From a bacterium (GTDB lineage: Bacteria; Hydrothermota; Tepidihabitantia; Tepidihabitantales; Tepidihabitantaceae): DNA of 34,190 nucleotides. The stretch spans positions 1 to 34,190 of the forward strand of contig JAWOHE010000056.1 of the NCBI GenBank assembly GCA_046485285.1, read 5' to 3'. The notes under the pieces are model-generated. The model was not told the origin of the DNA. It did not search any database and was given only the letters and a program-made list of their open reading frames with translations. This document shows positions 7,437 through 18,073 of this stretch, piece after piece; position 1 is the first letter of the stretch, and the number at the start of each line of letters is the position of its first letter. A program made the translations under genes and the position numbers.

Positions 7437-10331
7437 ATGGCTGACGAGTTCATCCGCGTCCGCGGTGCCCGCGAGCACAACCTCAAGAACATCTCGGTGG
7501 ACATTCCCCGGAATCGTTTCGTCGTGATCACGGGTCTGTCCGGCTCCGGGAAGTCGTCGCTTGCCTTCGACACGATCTACGCCGAGGGCCAGCGCCGCTA
7601 CATCGAGTCGCTCTCCGCCTATGCCCGCCAGTTTCTCGGGATGCTGGAGAAACCCGACTGCGACGGCATATCCGGCCTGCCGCCCGCAATCGCGATCGAA
7701 CAGCGCACCTCTGCCCGCAACCCCCGCTCGACCGTCGGGACGGTCACTGAGATCTACGACTACCTACGCCTGCTCTTCGCCCGCGTCGGCCGGCCCCACT
7801 GCCCTGATTGCCGGAAGCCGATCGCCTCGCAGACGGTCGACCAGATCGTCGACAGCCTGCTCGCGGAGCCGGCCGACACCGGGCTTGCGATACTGGCTCC
7901 GGTCGTCCGGGGCCGGAAGGGTGAGTACCGCGACCTACTCGAGAAGGCGCGCCGGCGCGGATACCTCCGGGCCCGCGTCGATGGCAGCGTCTTCGAGATC
8001 GAGTCGGTTCCCAGGCTCGACCGGTACCGGCAGCACCGCATCGAGCTGGTCATCGACCGCCTGACCGCGAAGCCCGAGGCCCGCGGCCGTCTCGCCGACT
8101 CGGTTGAGCTGGCACTGCGCGAGGGCAACGGCGGCTGTGTCGTCGAGCTGACCCGGGACGACGGCAACTCGGCGGAACGCTCGTTCTCGGAGCGGCTCGC
8201 CTGCTCGGACTGCGGCTTCAGTCTCGACGAGATCACCCCGAGGCTGTTCTCATTCAACTCGCCCTATGGAGCATGCCCGCAGTGCCACGGCCTCGGCACG
8301 GTTATGGAGGTCGACCCGGAACGGCTGGTCGCCGACCCGGCCCGGTCGATCCTCGACGGCGCCCTCGCGCCCTGGGGCGAGATCACCGAGCGCGGCGAGT
8401 GGCTCAATGCGCGCCTGCGCGCCCTGGCCCGCGAGTATGGCTTCGGTCTCGACACGCCCTGGCGCAAGCTCCCGGCCCGCGTCCGGCGGATCATCCTGAA
8501 CGGCTCGGACGAGGAGATTCGATTCGAGTACGTCGGCAAGGAACACGAGTGGACATGGAACGGCACTTGGGAAGGCATCGCCCCGCATCTCGAGCGCATC
8601 CACAAGCAAACCGACTCCGATGCCAGGCGGGAGTGGGTCGAGCGCTTCATGTCGATCCTGCCCTGCGCGGCCTGCCAGGGCACCCGGCTCAAGCGCGCCG
8701 CGCTGGCAATCCGCATCGGCGACCTGAGCATTGCCGACCTCACCGCGCTCTCGGTCCGACGGGCCCTGGAGGTCGTCCGGACCGGGCTCGAGCTCAGCCC
8801 GAAAGAACGCGTCATCGCCCGTGAGATAAACAAGGAACTCGGCCGCCGACTGGGTTTCCTCGAATCGGTCGGTCTCGGCTACCTGACCCTCAATCGCGCC
8901 GCCGAGACACTTGGCGGCGGCGAAGCCCAGCGCGTGCGCCTCGCGACCCAGGTCGGCTCCGGGTTGGTCGGCGTCTGCTACATCCTCGACGAACCATCGA
9001 TCGGGCTCCACCAGCGCGACAACGCCCGGCTGCTGCGCACCCTCCTCGGGCTTCGCGACCTCGGCAACACCGTGATAGTCGTCGAGCATGACGAGGAGAC
9101 AATTCTCTCGGCCGACCACGTCATCGACCTTGGGCCGGGCGCGGGCGACAGGGGCGGCCGGGTCGTTGCGCAGGGCCGACCCGGCGACATAAGGGCCAGC
9201 GGGGACTCTCTCACCGGCGCCTACCTCGCCGGCCGGCTACGCATCGAACTGCCGGCCGAGCGCAGGACGCCGGGCCGGGACTGGGTCGAGGTGCGAGGAG
9301 CCCGCGAGAACAACCTCAAGAACATCGACGTCCGGTTTCCGATCGGGCTCTTCACCTGCGTCACCGGCGTATCGGGCTCGGGCAAGTCAACGCTGGTCGC
9401 CGACACGCTCCACCGCGAACTTGCCCGTCGCTTCCACGACTCGCGCGAGAAGCCGGGCGCCCACGACCGGGTTCTCGGTGTCGAGAAGATCGACAAGGTC
9501 GTCAACATCGACCAGTCGCCGATCGGCCGCACTCCGCGCTCAAACCCGGCGACCTACACCGGCGCGTTTGGACCGATTCGTGACCTGTTCGCCCGTTCCC
9601 GCGAGGCGCGCATCAGGGGCTACCGGCCCGGCCGGTTCTCCTTCAACGTGAAGGGCGGCCGCTGCGAGTCCTGCGCCGGCGACGGCATCATCAAGGTCGA
9701 GATGCACTTCCTGCCCGACGTCTACGTCACGTGCGACGTCTGCAAGGGACAGCGCTATGACCGCGAGACGCTCGAGGTGCGCTACAAGGGCAGGAACATC
9801 GCCGAGGTTCTCGCGATGAGCATCGAAGAGGCCTGCAGGTTCTTCGGCGCGGTCCCGGCCCTTGCCCGCAAGCTGGAGCTGCTGCGCGACGTCGGCCTCG
9901 GCTACGTCAAGCTCGGCCAGCCCGCGCCGACGCTCTCAGGCGGCGAGGCCCAGCGCATCAAGCTCGCCCGTGAACTCTCCAAGGTCGCCACCGGCCGGAC
10001 GCTCTACCTGCTCGATGAACCGACCACCGGCCTCCACTTCGAAGATGTCCGGCTCCTGCTCGCAGTCCTCGACCGCCTCGTCGCCCGGGGCAACACCGTC
10101 GTCATCATCGAGCACAACCTCGAAGTCATCAAGTGCGCGGACTGGGTGGTCGACCTTGGTCCGGAGGGCGGTGATGACGGCGGCACGGTTGTCTGCGCCG
10201 GCCCGCCGGAATCGATCGCGGCCTGCACCGGGTCGCACACCGGCCGCTTTCTCAGGCGCCTCCTGGCGCGCCCGGCCGCCGGCCGCGCTGCTCGCCAGCC
10301 GGCGTCACCTGGCAGCGGTCAGCCGGACTGA
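7437..10331 (+). CDS. uvrA: Excinuclease ABC subunit A
   Basis: [33 protein letters not shown], zinc fingers, second ABC domain [17 protein letters not shown]; start ATG 7437. Confidence 0.99.
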   Translation: MADEFIRVRGAREHNLKNISVDIPRNRFVVITGLSGSGKSSLAFDTIYAEGQRRYIESLSAYARQFLGMLEKPDCDGISGLPPAIAIEQRTSARNPRSTVGTVTEIYDYLRLLFARVGRPHCPDCRKPIASQTVDQIVDSLLAEPADTGLAILAPVVRGRKGEYRDLLEKARRRGYLRARVDGSVFEIESVPRLDRYRQHRIELVIDRLTAKPEARGRLADSVELALREGNGGCVVELTRDDGNSAERSFSERLACSDCGFSLDEITPRLFSFNSPYGACPQCHGLGTVMEVDPERLVADPARSILDGALAPWGEITERGEWLNARLRALAREYGFGLDTPWRKLPARVRRIILNGSDEEIRFEYVGKEHEWTWNGTWEGIAPHLERIHKQTDSDARREWVERFMSILPCAACQGTRLKRAALAIRIGDLSIADLTALSVRRALEVVRTGLELSPKERVIAREINKELGRRLGFLESVGLGYLTLNRAAETLGGGEAQRVRLATQVGSGLVGVCYILDEPSIGLHQRDNARLLRTLLGLRDLGNTVIVVEHDEETILSADHVIDLGPGAGDRGGRVVAQGRPGDIRASGDSLTGAYLAGRLRIELPAERRTPGRDWVEVRGARENNLKNIDVRFPIGLFTCVTGVSGSGKSTLVADTLHRELARRFHDSREKPGAHDRVLGVEKIDKVVNIDQSPIGRTPRSNPATYTGAFGPIRDLFARSREARIRGYRPGRFSFNVKGGRCESCAGDGIIKVEMHFLPDVYVTCDVCKGQRYDRETLEVRYKGRNIAEVLAMSIEEACRFFGAVPALARKLELLRDVGLGYVKLGQPAPTLSGGEAQRIKLARELSKVATGRTLYLLDEPTTGLHFEDVRLLLAVLDRLVARGNTVVIIEHNLEVIKCADWVVDLGPEGGDDGGTVVCAGPPESIAACTGSHTGRFLRRLLARPAAGRAARQPASPGSGQPD

Positions 10332-11164
10332 CGGCCGCCAGCATCGGCCCCCGCACCGGCGCCGGGCTCAGACTCCGAACCGGTCGCCAGCCGCAGCCGC
10401 TCGACGTGAAGTGCCTTGCCGGTCTCGTCATCGACCTCAACCACGACGCCGCTGAGACCCGGCTCGCCAACCGCGGGCGTGAGCCGGTATGGCATCCCGT
10501 CCAGCAGCCGGCGCAGGGAGTCTTCAGGCTTCATCCCGAGCACCGATTCAAAGGCACCACACATTCCGGCGTCGGATATGTAGCCGGTTCCCTGCGGCAA
10601 CACCCGCTCGTCTGCCGTCTGGACGTGAGTGTGGGTGCCGACAACCGCCGACACCCGTCCGTCAAGAAACCAGCCCATCGCCTGCTTTTCGGCGGTCGCC
10701 TCGGCATGGAAGTCAACGACCACGACCGGCGTCTGCCGACGGATGCGGTCGAGACTGCCCTCGATACGCCGAAACGGACAGTCGACCGGCTTCATGAAGA
10801 CCCTACCCATCAGGTTGACAACGCCGACCGACCAGCCGCCGAGCTCGAACACTCCCTGCCCGCGCCCGGGCGCGCCCGGCGGGTAGTTCAGCGGCCGCAG
10901 CAGCCTGGGCTGGGCGCTGAAGTAGTCCCAGCTGTCGCGGCGATCGAACGCATGGTCACCGGTCGTGAGACAGTCAACGCCGGCCGCCAGCAGTTCCTCG
11001 CACAACGGCGGCGTGATACCGTACCCGCCGGCAAGGTTCTCGGCATTGGCAACGACGAACTCCGCCCTTGTCCAGCGCCGGACCCCGGGCAGGGCGCTCG
11101 TCACTGCCTCCCGGCCCGCGGCAGAGCAGACGTCGCCCAGCAGCAGCAGCCGCCTAGTGGGCAT
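10319..11164 (-). CDS. ymdB: YmdB/TIGR00282-family metallophosphoesterase
   Basis: LGDV, NAEN.AGG.G, LRPLNYP, DFHAEATAEK, VGTHTHVQTADE; follows rny. Confidence 0.93.
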   Translation of the reverse strand: MPTRRLLLLGDVCSAAGREAVTSALPGVRRWTRAEFVVANAENLAGGYGITPPLCEELLAAGVDCLTTGDHAFDRRDSWDYFSAQPRLLRPLNYPPGAPGRGQGVFELGGWSVGVVNLMGRVFMKPVDCPFRRIEGSLDRIRRQTPVVVVDFHAEATAEKQAMGWFLDGRVSAVVGTHTHVQTADERVLPQGTGYISDAGMCGAFESVLGMKPEDSLRRLLDGMPYRLTPAVGEPGLSGVVVEVDDETGKALHVERLRLATGSESEPGAGAGADAGGRQSG

Positions 11165-12734
11165 ACTCGACCGCGCGAGTTTCCCGGACCACCATCACCC
11201 GGATCTGGCCCGGATACTTGAGTTCCTTTTCAATCCGGGCCGAGACCTCCCGGGCAAGCCCGGAGATGTCCTTGTCCGCCACCTTCTCGGGTTCGACCAG
11301 AACGCGAATCTCCCGGCCGGCCTGGATTGCGTAGGCCCGCTCGACTCCCGGGAAGGAAGCCGCGAGCATCTCAAGGCTCTCCACCCTCTTGATATAGGCG
11401 TCGAAGCCCTCGCGCCGCGCACCGGGCCGGGAACCTGAGATGCTGTCCGCCGCAGCGACAAGGAAGGCGTACGGCGAGCCCATCGTCGTCTCCTCGTGGT
11501 GAGCCGCGATCGCGTTGACGACAATCTCATCCTCGCCGTGTCGTCGGGCGAGCTCCGCACCGATGCGGGCGTGCGGCCCCTCAACGGTCGCGTCGGCCGC
11601 CTTGCCGACGTCGTGCAGCAGCCCGGCGCGCCGCGCCAGCGCCGCGTCGAGGTCAAGCTCCTGTGCCATCAGCGCCGCGAGCATCGCGACCTCGCGGCTG
11701 TGCAGCAGCATGTTCTGACCGTAGCTGGTTCGGTACTGCAGTCGCCCGAGCATGCGCGACAACTCGGGCGCGAGACCGACAATGCCGAGTTCGAGCACGA
11801 TCGACTCGCCCGCCGCCCGGATCAACTCCTCCATCTCCTTCGCGGTCTGGGCGACGACCTCCTCGATCCGGGCCGGGTGAATCCGACCGTCTGCGACCAG
11901 CTTCGCCATCGCCATCTTGGCCACCTCGCGGCGCACGGGATCGAACCCGGATATCACGATCGCCCCCGGGGTATCGTCAATCATCACCTCGACGCCGGTC
12001 AGCGTCTCGAAGGTCCTGATGTTGCGGCCTTCCCGGCCGATGATCCGCCCCTTGAGCTCGTCCGAGGGCAGGTCGACAACCGACACCGTCGTCTCGGCCG
12101 CGTGCGAAACCGCGCAACGCTGGATCGCGTTGACGATGACATTACGCGCGTCGCTCTCGGCCCTCAGCCGCGCGTTGTCGAGGATCTCCCGGGTCAGCTT
12201 CGCTGCCTCGAGCCGGGCTTCGTCCTCGAGGTTGCGGAACAGCTCGCGCCTGGCCTCGTCGGCCGACAGCCCGGCAATCCGCTCCAGCTTCGAGTTCTCG
12301 AGGCTGATGAGCTGGTCCAGTCGCTCCATCTTTGCCTTCAGGATCTTGTCGCGCGACGCAAGCTCTCGGTCCTTGCGAATGAGGTCGGCCTCCTTCTGGG
12401 TCAGGACGCTGTCCCGCCGCGACAGGAAGCCCTCGCGCTCGGCGAGTTTCTGCTCGGTCCGTTCGAGTTCCCGGCGCGTGGCCGCCGTCTCGGACTCGAA
12501 GCGGACCCGTTCCCGCTCGAAATCCTGCCGCCGCCGCGTCTCGCCTTCCTCGGTCAGCCTGCGGGCCTCGTCACGGGCTCGGTCCAGCAGCAGGTCGGCC
12601 TCGCGCCGGCTATCGGCAAGCTGCCGACCCATCAGGAGCATGCTCAGCCACCGGCCGGCCAGGAAACCAACCACGCCGAGCACGACCAGCCCGCCGCCCC
12701 ACACCAGCCACTGCATCCAATTCCCGGGCATCAT
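11154..12734 (-). CDS. rny: Ribonuclease Y
   Basis: N-terminal TM, coiled coil, KH domain (KGRIIGREGRNIR), HD domain (GLLHDVGK); start 12734 or 12731 after GGAGG. Confidence 0.98.
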   Translation of the reverse strand: MMPGNWMQWLVWGGGLVVLGVVGFLAGRWLSMLLMGRQLADSRREADLLLDRARDEARRLTEEGETRRRQDFERERVRFESETAATRRELERTEQKLAEREGFLSRRDSVLTQKEADLIRKDRELASRDKILKAKMERLDQLISLENSKLERIAGLSADEARRELFRNLEDEARLEAAKLTREILDNARLRAESDARNVIVNAIQRCAVSHAAETTVSVVDLPSDELKGRIIGREGRNIRTFETLTGVEVMIDDTPGAIVISGFDPVRREVAKMAMAKLVADGRIHPARIEEVVAQTAKEMEELIRAAGESIVLELGIVGLAPELSRMLGRLQYRTSYGQNMLLHSREVAMLAALMAQELDLDAALARRAGLLHDVGKAADATVEGPHARIGAELARRHGEDEIVVNAIAAHHEETTMGSPYAFLVAAADSISGSRPGARREGFDAYIKRVESLEMLAASFPGVERAYAIQAGREIRVLVEPEKVADKDISGLAREVSARIEKELKYPGQIRVMVVRETRAVEYAH

Positions 12735-12748
12735 TACCTCCACGAAAA

Positions 12749-12924
12749 GCCCCCGCGGATGGCGTGTCGCGACAAGTCTTTGAACCCAAATTGACAGTCA
12801 GGTGCTTCAGGCCGGCTGCGCGCGGATTCCCCAGAGGGAACAGCGGTTCACCGGTCTATGGCAGCACCCGTATCGCGGGTGTTAGCTCAAGACTCAATCA
12901 CCGATCACGGACACCGCAGGGAGC
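12749..12924 (-). ncRNA. ssrS: 6S RNA
   Basis: ~175 nt between zapA and rny; closing stem CTCCCTGCGG...CCGCGGGGG, inner TTGAGCT/GGGTTCAA pairing, central bulge; typical location downstream of zapA. Confidence 0.88.
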
Positions 12925-13200
12925 CTAGGAAACTCTTACCAGTTTTTCTATGAGCGCGCCGACGCGCCGCCGGGCAGAATCGTCGCCGGGCTGCTCCGCC
13001 CGGAGTTGCTCGTCGACGAGATTCATGCAGGCCAGTACCGCGGTACGGGTCGCCGAGCCGGGATGAAACTGCTCTTCAATCCGGCGCAGCCGCTCGTCCA
13101 CGAGCCGCGCCACCCGCTCCACGTGGCCGGGGTCGCTGTCGGCCTTGACAACGTAGTCACTACCCAGAATTCTAACTCGACAGGTTTCCATGGGCTCCAT
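12925..13200 (-). CDS. zapA: Cell division protein ZapA
   Basis: VRILGSDY, VARLVDERL, AVLACMNL; synteny with 6S RNA and rny. Confidence 0.9.
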   Translation of the reverse strand: MEPMETCRVRILGSDYVVKADSDPGHVERVARLVDERLRRIEEQFHPGSATRTAVLACMNLVDEQLRAEQPGDDSARRRVGALIEKLVRVS

Positions 13201-13211
13201 TCAGGCTTGTC

Positions 13212-13412
13212 CTAGGTCACGTCCTCGATCTTCTCAAGCAGAGAATCCAGCCGTGTCGCGGCCACCTTCCGACGCCGCTCGCTCTCGGCGAGCCGGCGCG
13301 AAAGCTCGCGATTCTCTGACCGCAGCCGGCCGATCAGCGCGACCGCTCCGTCAACCAGCTTGTCGAGCCGGTCGAGGTCGCTGTCCAGCGCCGATCGGGG
13401 AGGCTGCTTCAC
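13212..13412 (-). CDS. zapB: ZapB-like coiled-coil protein
   Basis: 66-aa heptad coiled coil (LDKLVD..I..LRSEN..L...RLDSLLEKIE) directly upstream of zapA. Confidence 0.7.
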   Translation of the reverse strand: MKQPPRSALDSDLDRLDKLVDGAVALIGRLRSENRELSRRLAESERRRKVAATRLDSLLEKIEDVT

Positions 13413-13417
13413 TCTTT

Positions 13418-13445
13418 ATCATAGCACGCGCGGCAGTTCCGTCAA
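13418..13445 (-). promoter_or_regulatory. Promoter of the zapB operon, probably leaderless
   Basis: TTGACG-N16-TATGAT-N5-GTG. Confidence 0.65.
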
Positions 13446-13467
13446 TCGGCCCCAACGACCGCCGGAC

Positions 13468-14547
13468 TCAGCCGCACCGAACGAAGAACTTGCCCGGCAA
13501 CTGCCGGACGACACCCTTGATCTCGAGTTGCGCGAGCACGCCGAGCAGCCGCGCCATCGGCAGGGTCAGTCCCTGGCAGAGCTCGTCAACGTGCCGCGGG
13601 TCGCCCGAGAGCACGCTCACGACCGCCTGCTCCTCATCCTCGAGCGGCGGCTGCTGTCGCTCTTCGAAGTGCAGGGCAAGGCCGAGGTCGCGCAGGATGT
13701 CCTCCGCCCCCAACACCGGCCTGGCCCCCTCGCGCAGCAGACGATTCGTCCCCACGCTCGCCGGGTCGGTGATCCGGCCGGGCACGGCGTAGACGTCCCG
13801 GCCCTGGTCTGCCGCCCACGCGACGGTATTCAGCACCCCGGAGCGCTCGCCGGCCTCGACCGCGACAACTCCCCGCGACAGCGCCGACACGATCCGGTTT
13901 CGGCGCGGGAAGTTCGTCGCGATGGGCTCGGTCCCCAGTCCGAACTCGGACAGCACCGCGCCCTGTCCCGCAATCCGGTCCGCGAGCTTCCGGTTCTCGG
14001 GCGGGTAGACGACGTCAATCCCGCAACCGAGCACCGCGATGGTCCTGCCGCCGGCGTCGAGCGCGGCCTTGTGCGCGCAGGTGTCTACCCCGCGCGCCAT
14101 GCCGCTCGTGACGGTCACGCCGTGTTCGGCGAGCTCCCGGGCAAGCCGGGTCGCCACCTGCTGGCCGTAAGCCGACGGACGCCGGGTGCCGACCACCGCA
14201 ACCGCGAGCCGGTCACCCTCGGCAACATCCCCGCGGCCGAACAGCACCGGTGGCATCCCGCGCACCTCGAGCAGCGCGGCCGGATAGCCGGCCTCGCGCC
14301 ACTCGACGGTCCAGACGCCGGCGTCACGGGCCGCCCTGACCAGACCGGCAAGCCGAGGAGTACGTTCGTAGCCGGCAATGGCGGCGGCGAGTTCGTCATC
14401 AATCCCCTCGACCTCGAGCAGCTCCCGGCCTTTCGCGGCGAGCACCGCCTCCGGCGTCCCGAACCGCTCGAGCAGGTTCCGCAGCCGAGTCTGGGTCAGC
14501 CGCGGTACTGCCGCCAGGTCGGCGAAGGCGTCGCGCAGTCCGGACAT
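13468..14547 (-). CDS. dprA: DNA-processing protein DprA
   Basis: AVVGTRRPSAYG, SGMARGVD, FPRRNRIVS, VEAGERSG, C-terminal winged helix. Confidence 0.96.
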   Translation of the reverse strand: MSGLRDAFADLAAVPRLTQTRLRNLLERFGTPEAVLAAKGRELLEVEGIDDELAAAIAGYERTPRLAGLVRAARDAGVWTVEWREAGYPAALLEVRGMPPVLFGRGDVAEGDRLAVAVVGTRRPSAYGQQVATRLARELAEHGVTVTSGMARGVDTCAHKAALDAGGRTIAVLGCGIDVVYPPENRKLADRIAGQGAVLSEFGLGTEPIATNFPRRNRIVSALSRGVVAVEAGERSGVLNTVAWAADQGRDVYAVPGRITDPASVGTNRLLREGARPVLGAEDILRDLGLALHFEERQQPPLEDEEQAVVSVLSGDPRHVDELCQGLTLPMARLLGVLAQLEIKGVVRQLPGKFFVRCG

Positions 14548-14553
14548 CCGGTC

Positions 14554-15519
14554 CTACCCTCCGGGCAGCAGCCGCGTGATCTCGCTCCGCAGCTCGGCGA
14601 CGCCGGTCCGGTGCAGGGCGGAAATCCTGACTGCCGGTGCGTCAAACTCGAGCCCGTCCTCCGCGGCCACGAGGTCGAGCTTGTTCAAAGCGACGACGCG
14701 CGGCCGCGCAAGGATGGCCTCATCGTAGCGCCGGATCTCGTCGCACAGCAACCGGTAGTCCTCGACCGGCCGGCCGGCCGCGAGGTCGAGCACGAAGACC
14801 AGCATCCGCGTTCGCTCGATGTGACGCAGGAACCGCAGGCCGAGCCCCCGGCCCTCGTGCGCGCCCTCGATGATGCCGGGCATGTCCGCGACCGTGAAAC
14901 GCAGGTCCCTGGTCGCCATCACCCCGAGATTCGGGGTCAGCGTCGTGAACGGGTAGGCCGCGACCTTCGGGTTCGCCGAGGTCAGCGCCGAGAGCAGAGT
15001 CGACTTGCCGGCATTTGGCAGGCCGACAAAGCCGATGTCGGCGACCAGCCGGAGTACCAGCCGGATCTCGAGTTCGACCGCCTCACCACCCGGCTCTGCG
15101 TTGCGCGGGGCCTGGTTCGTGCTGGTCGCGAACCGGGCGTTGCCGCGCCCACCCCGCCCGCCCGCGGCGACGACCAGTTCCTGGCCGTCGGCGAGCAACT
15201 CGCCCAGCCGCTCGCCCCCCGGCCGGGCGAACACGTCGGTGCCAAGCGGCACCGGCACGCGGATGTCCTCGCCGTTCCGTCCGTGGCGGTCCTTGCCCAT
15301 CCCGTGCTGGCCGCGGCCGGCCTTGTAGGAACGGCGGTACTCCAGGTCGGCCAGGGTCTGAAGACCGGCACTGCCGACGAGGACAACCGAGCCGCCGTCA
15401 CCGCCGTCGCCGCCGTTCGGCCCGCCTCGCGGCACGAACTTCTCGCGCCGGAAGGAAACGCAGCCGTCCCCCCCGGCGCCGGAACGGACCCGGATTGTCG
15501 CTTCGTCTACGAACCTCAT
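14554..15519 (-). CDS. obgE: GTPase ObgE/CgtA
   Basis: FRREKFVPRGGP, GLPNAGKST, YPFTTL, DMPG, NKLD. Confidence 0.98.
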   Translation of the reverse strand: MRFVDEATIRVRSGAGGDGCVSFRREKFVPRGGPNGGDGGDGGSVVLVGSAGLQTLADLEYRRSYKAGRGQHGMGKDRHGRNGEDIRVPVPLGTDVFARPGGERLGELLADGQELVVAAGGRGGRGNARFATSTNQAPRNAEPGGEAVELEIRLVLRLVADIGFVGLPNAGKSTLLSALTSANPKVAAYPFTTLTPNLGVMATRDLRFTVADMPGIIEGAHEGRGLGLRFLRHIERTRMLVFVLDLAAGRPVEDYRLLCDEIRRYDEAILARPRVVALNKLDLVAAEDGLEFDAPAVRISALHRTGVAELRSEITRLLPGG

Positions 15520-16019
15520 CGGCGGCCGGGCCGGCGCTTCAGGCGCAGTGCCCGCTCGACCGGCTCGGGCACGAAGCAGTCAAGCTTGCCGCCCATCCGC
15601 GCGAGCTCGCGCACCAGCGACGAACTGAGGTAGAAGTACCGCTCCGACGGTACGAAGAACACCGTCTCGACCCGGGGCGCCAGCTTCCGGTTGGTCAGCG
15701 CCATCTGGAACTCGTAGTCGAAGTCCATCACTGCCCGCATCCCGCGGATGACGGCGCAGGCGCCCTGCTTCTCGACGAAATCCACCAGCAGGTTGCCGAA
15801 GCCCATCACCTCGACGCCCGGGGCTCCCTCGAGCACCGTGCGGGCGAGCGCGACCCTCTCCCGGTAGCTGAACATCGGGTTCTTCTCGCGCCGCCGGGCG
15901 ACCGCGACGATGACCCGGTCGAACAGGTTCGCGGCGCGCAGTACGACGTCCATGTGTCCCCGGGTTATCGGGTCGAAACTGCCCGGGTAGACCGCGGTCT
16001 TGATGCTCCGTTCAGCCAC
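15516..16019 (-). CDS. coaD: Phosphopantetheine adenylyltransferase
   Basis: YPGSFDPITRGH, RGMRAVMDFDYE, SSSLVRE. Confidence 0.98.
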   Translation of the reverse strand: MAERSIKTAVYPGSFDPITRGHMDVVLRAANLFDRVIVAVARRREKNPMFSYRERVALARTVLEGAPGVEVMGFGNLLVDFVEKQGACAVIRGMRAVMDFDYEFQMALTNRKLAPRVETVFFVPSERYFYLSSSLVRELARMGGKLDCFVPEPVERALRLKRRPGRR

Positions 16020-16548
16020 TGTTCCTCCTCAGCACGGTCAGCCGGCTGTCGCCGTAGCGTCCCTCGCGCAGTACCGTCCAGTCCTCCGGGCACTCCGGCG
16101 GCTCGAGCGGGTGGTGCTCGATGACCAGCAACCCTCCCGGCACGATCGAACCGGTCGCGACCAGCCGGGCGATGGTCTCCTGGACCAGCCCGTTCCGGTA
16201 CGGCGGGTCGGCAATCACGACGTCGAAGCGGTCCGCGCCCAGCCGCCGGAGCGCCGCACGCACGTCGGCGCACACCACCCGGACGCCCTCTAGGCCCTTG
16301 ACATTCCCGCGCAGGAAACGGGCAACGGCCGCCGACTGCTCGACGAACACCACCTCGGTCGCCCCGCGCGACAGCGCCTCGACGCCGAGCGACCCGCCGC
16401 CGGCATACAGGTCCGCCACCCGCGCGCCGCGGATGGCCGTGCCGACGATGTTGAAGATCGCCTGGCGGGTGATGTCCTTGGTCGGACGAAGCCCGGCCCG
16501 GGGATACAGCAAGCGGCGGCCCTTCAGCCGCCCGGCCCGGATTTGCAT
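16012..16548 (-). CDS. rsmD: 16S rRNA m2G966 methyltransferase RsmD
   Basis: MQIRAGRLKGR, LRPT, DLYAGGGSLGVEALSRGA, DPPY; start ATG 16548. Confidence 0.95.
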   Translation of the reverse strand: MQIRAGRLKGRRLLYPRAGLRPTKDITRQAIFNIVGTAIRGARVADLYAGGGSLGVEALSRGATEVVFVEQSAAVARFLRGNVKGLEGVRVVCADVRAALRRLGADRFDVVIADPPYRNGLVQETIARLVATGSIVPGGLLVIEHHPLEPPECPEDWTVLREGRYGDSRLTVLRRNSG

Positions 16549-16553
16549 GCGCA

Positions 16554-16581
16554 ACTATAGCGGCTGACCCCGGTCAGTCAA
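16554..16581 (-). promoter_or_regulatory. Promoter of the rsmD operon, probably leaderless
   Basis: TTGACT-N16-TATAGT-N5-ATG. Confidence 0.65.
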
Positions 16582-16622
16582 TTGCCCAGGTTGACTTTGG
16601 CCGCCGGCCGCATACTCTGAGG

Positions 16623-17036
16623 GTGATGCACGAGACATCCAGGCGGGTCCTGTTCTTCGAGGATGAAGCGCCGGCGCAACTGCTCGTCGGGGACATCCTC
16701 AGGTCCGCCGGCTACGAGGTCACCTCGGTCGCCCGGGGAGTCGACGTGCTCCGGGAGGTCCGTGAGCGACCGCCCGACATCGTCATCTCCGACCTCAACG
16801 TCCCGGGTCTTGACGGCAACCAGGTCATCTCGATGCTCCGGCGCTCGGGCAGCTTCGAGGGGCCGATCGTCGTCCTTTCCGGCCGCTCGCGCGACGAGGA
16901 CAAGCGAGAGGCCTTCGAGGCCGGCGCGCAGGCCTACCTCTGCAAACCGGTCAACCGGGCCGAACTGCTCGACACCGTCGCCCGCCTGCTCGCCGCGCCG
17001 GCCAACCCGGCTCCCGACCCCCGGCCCCCGGCCTAG
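16623..17036 (+). CDS. Stand-alone response-regulator receiver (CheY-like)
   Basis: FFED acidic pocket, ISD phospho-Asp, LSG, KP; no output domain; upstream TTGACT-N16-TACTCT. Confidence 0.9.
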   Translation: MMHETSRRVLFFEDEAPAQLLVGDILRSAGYEVTSVARGVDVLREVRERPPDIVISDLNVPGLDGNQVISMLRRSGSFEGPIVVLSGRSRDEDKREAFEAGAQAYLCKPVNRAELLDTVARLLAAPANPAPDPRPPA

Positions 17037-17650
17037 CGGCTTTCGACCTTCCGCACCGGCAGCGCGACCTCGATCCGGGCCGAATCGGCGTGGGCCTGGC
17101 CCGGCAGGTCGAGGAAGAACTCCATCGCCCCGCCCGCGACTTCCCAACCATTGGCCTCAGCCCAGTCCCTGAGCCGCTCGCGCGCCGCCTCGAGCCCGTC
17201 GCGCGGACCGGTATGGACCGCCGCCGCGACCCGGAACCCGCCCCACGACCGGACCGCGATGCCCGTTGACTCGGCGGCGGTCGCGCCAGCCGGCACCGGC
17301 ACCGCGACGAAGAAGCCGGCGCTGTCCGGGCTGTCCTGAGCCCGGACCGGGAACGACACGAACGGCTTGCCGACCATCGGCAGCCCGGCGGCCGAAAGCC
17401 AGCGGACGACCCGGAACAGCGCGCGCTCGACCGAATCGCGCCCGCCGCTCCCGGCCAGCGTTGCGACCGTCCACTCCGGGAGCAGTCGGATCTCGGCCAC
17501 AGGCTCAACCGACTGGCCGGCCGCGGCAGCAAGCTCATCGTTGCCACATGTTCGCTCCGCTGCCGGCCTCACGCGACCCGGGTAGCTCTGTCCCTGCGCT
17601 GGCCCCGCGGCGAGTACCGTGATGCACAATCCGGACAACACCAGCCTCAT
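17033..17650 (-). CDS. Exported GyrI-like small-molecule-binding protein
   Basis: Signal peptide; VAAAVHTGP...L..W...NG....G...E, IEVALPV; SD GGAGG. Confidence 0.8.
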   Translation of the reverse strand: MRLVLSGLCITVLAAGPAQGQSYPGRVRPAAERTCGNDELAAAAGQSVEPVAEIRLLPEWTVATLAGSGGRDSVERALFRVVRWLSAAGLPMVGKPFVSFPVRAQDSPDSAGFFVAVPVPAGATAAESTGIAVRSWGGFRVAAAVHTGPRDGLEAARERLRDWAEANGWEVAGGAMEFFLDLPGQAHADSARIEVALPVRKVESR

Positions 17651-17662
17651 CCGACCTCCGTC

Positions 17663-18073
17663 TCAGTCCGGCTCCGGCTCACGCCGAAGCTCCTTTTTCT
17701 GTGCCGTCAGACGCTTTGCCGCCAGCACCTTCTCCTGCGCCCGCTTCGACCGTTTCCGCTTCTGCTTGCGCAGCCGCGCGACCCGGGCGCGCTCCTCGGT
17801 CCGCCGCTTAAGGACGTCGGCCTCGACCCGCTCGCAGAGCACGGCCCGGGCCCGGTAGCGGTTGAGCGCCTGGCTCCGTTCCTCCTGGAGCTTGACCTCA
17901 ACCCTGGTCGGCCGGTGACGCAGCCAGACCGCGGTCGACACCTTGTTGACGTTCTGCCCGCCCGGACCGGACGCCCGTACGAACCGCTCCTCGAGGTCTT
18001 CCTCCCGGATGCCGAGCTCGGCCATCCGCGCCGCCAGCAGGCGCTCCTTGGCCGCGCTGACCCCGAACCGCAT
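17663..18073 (-). CDS. arfB: Alternative ribosome-rescue factor ArfB-like peptidyl-tRNA hydrolase
   Basis: ASGPGGQNVNKVSTAV, ERSQALNR, basic C-terminal tail; TGATG overlap with the ABC-F stop. Confidence 0.85.
   Translation of the reverse strand: MRFGVSAAKERLLAARMAELGIREEDLEERFVRASGPGGQNVNKVSTAVWLRHRPTRVEVKLQEERSQALNRYRARAVLCERVEADVLKRRTEERARVARLRKQKRKRSKRAQEKVLAAKRLTAQKKELRREPEPD

Noticed and set aside
10319-10331. Convergent 13-nt overlap of the uvrA and ymdB 3' ends
   Set aside because: Low-complexity C-terminal tails typical of stop-codon drift in GC-rich genomes
11496-15633. Long plus-strand ORFs (432 aa, 757 aa) opposite rny, dprA and obgE
   Set aside because: Antisense shadows of well-identified genes in high-GC DNA
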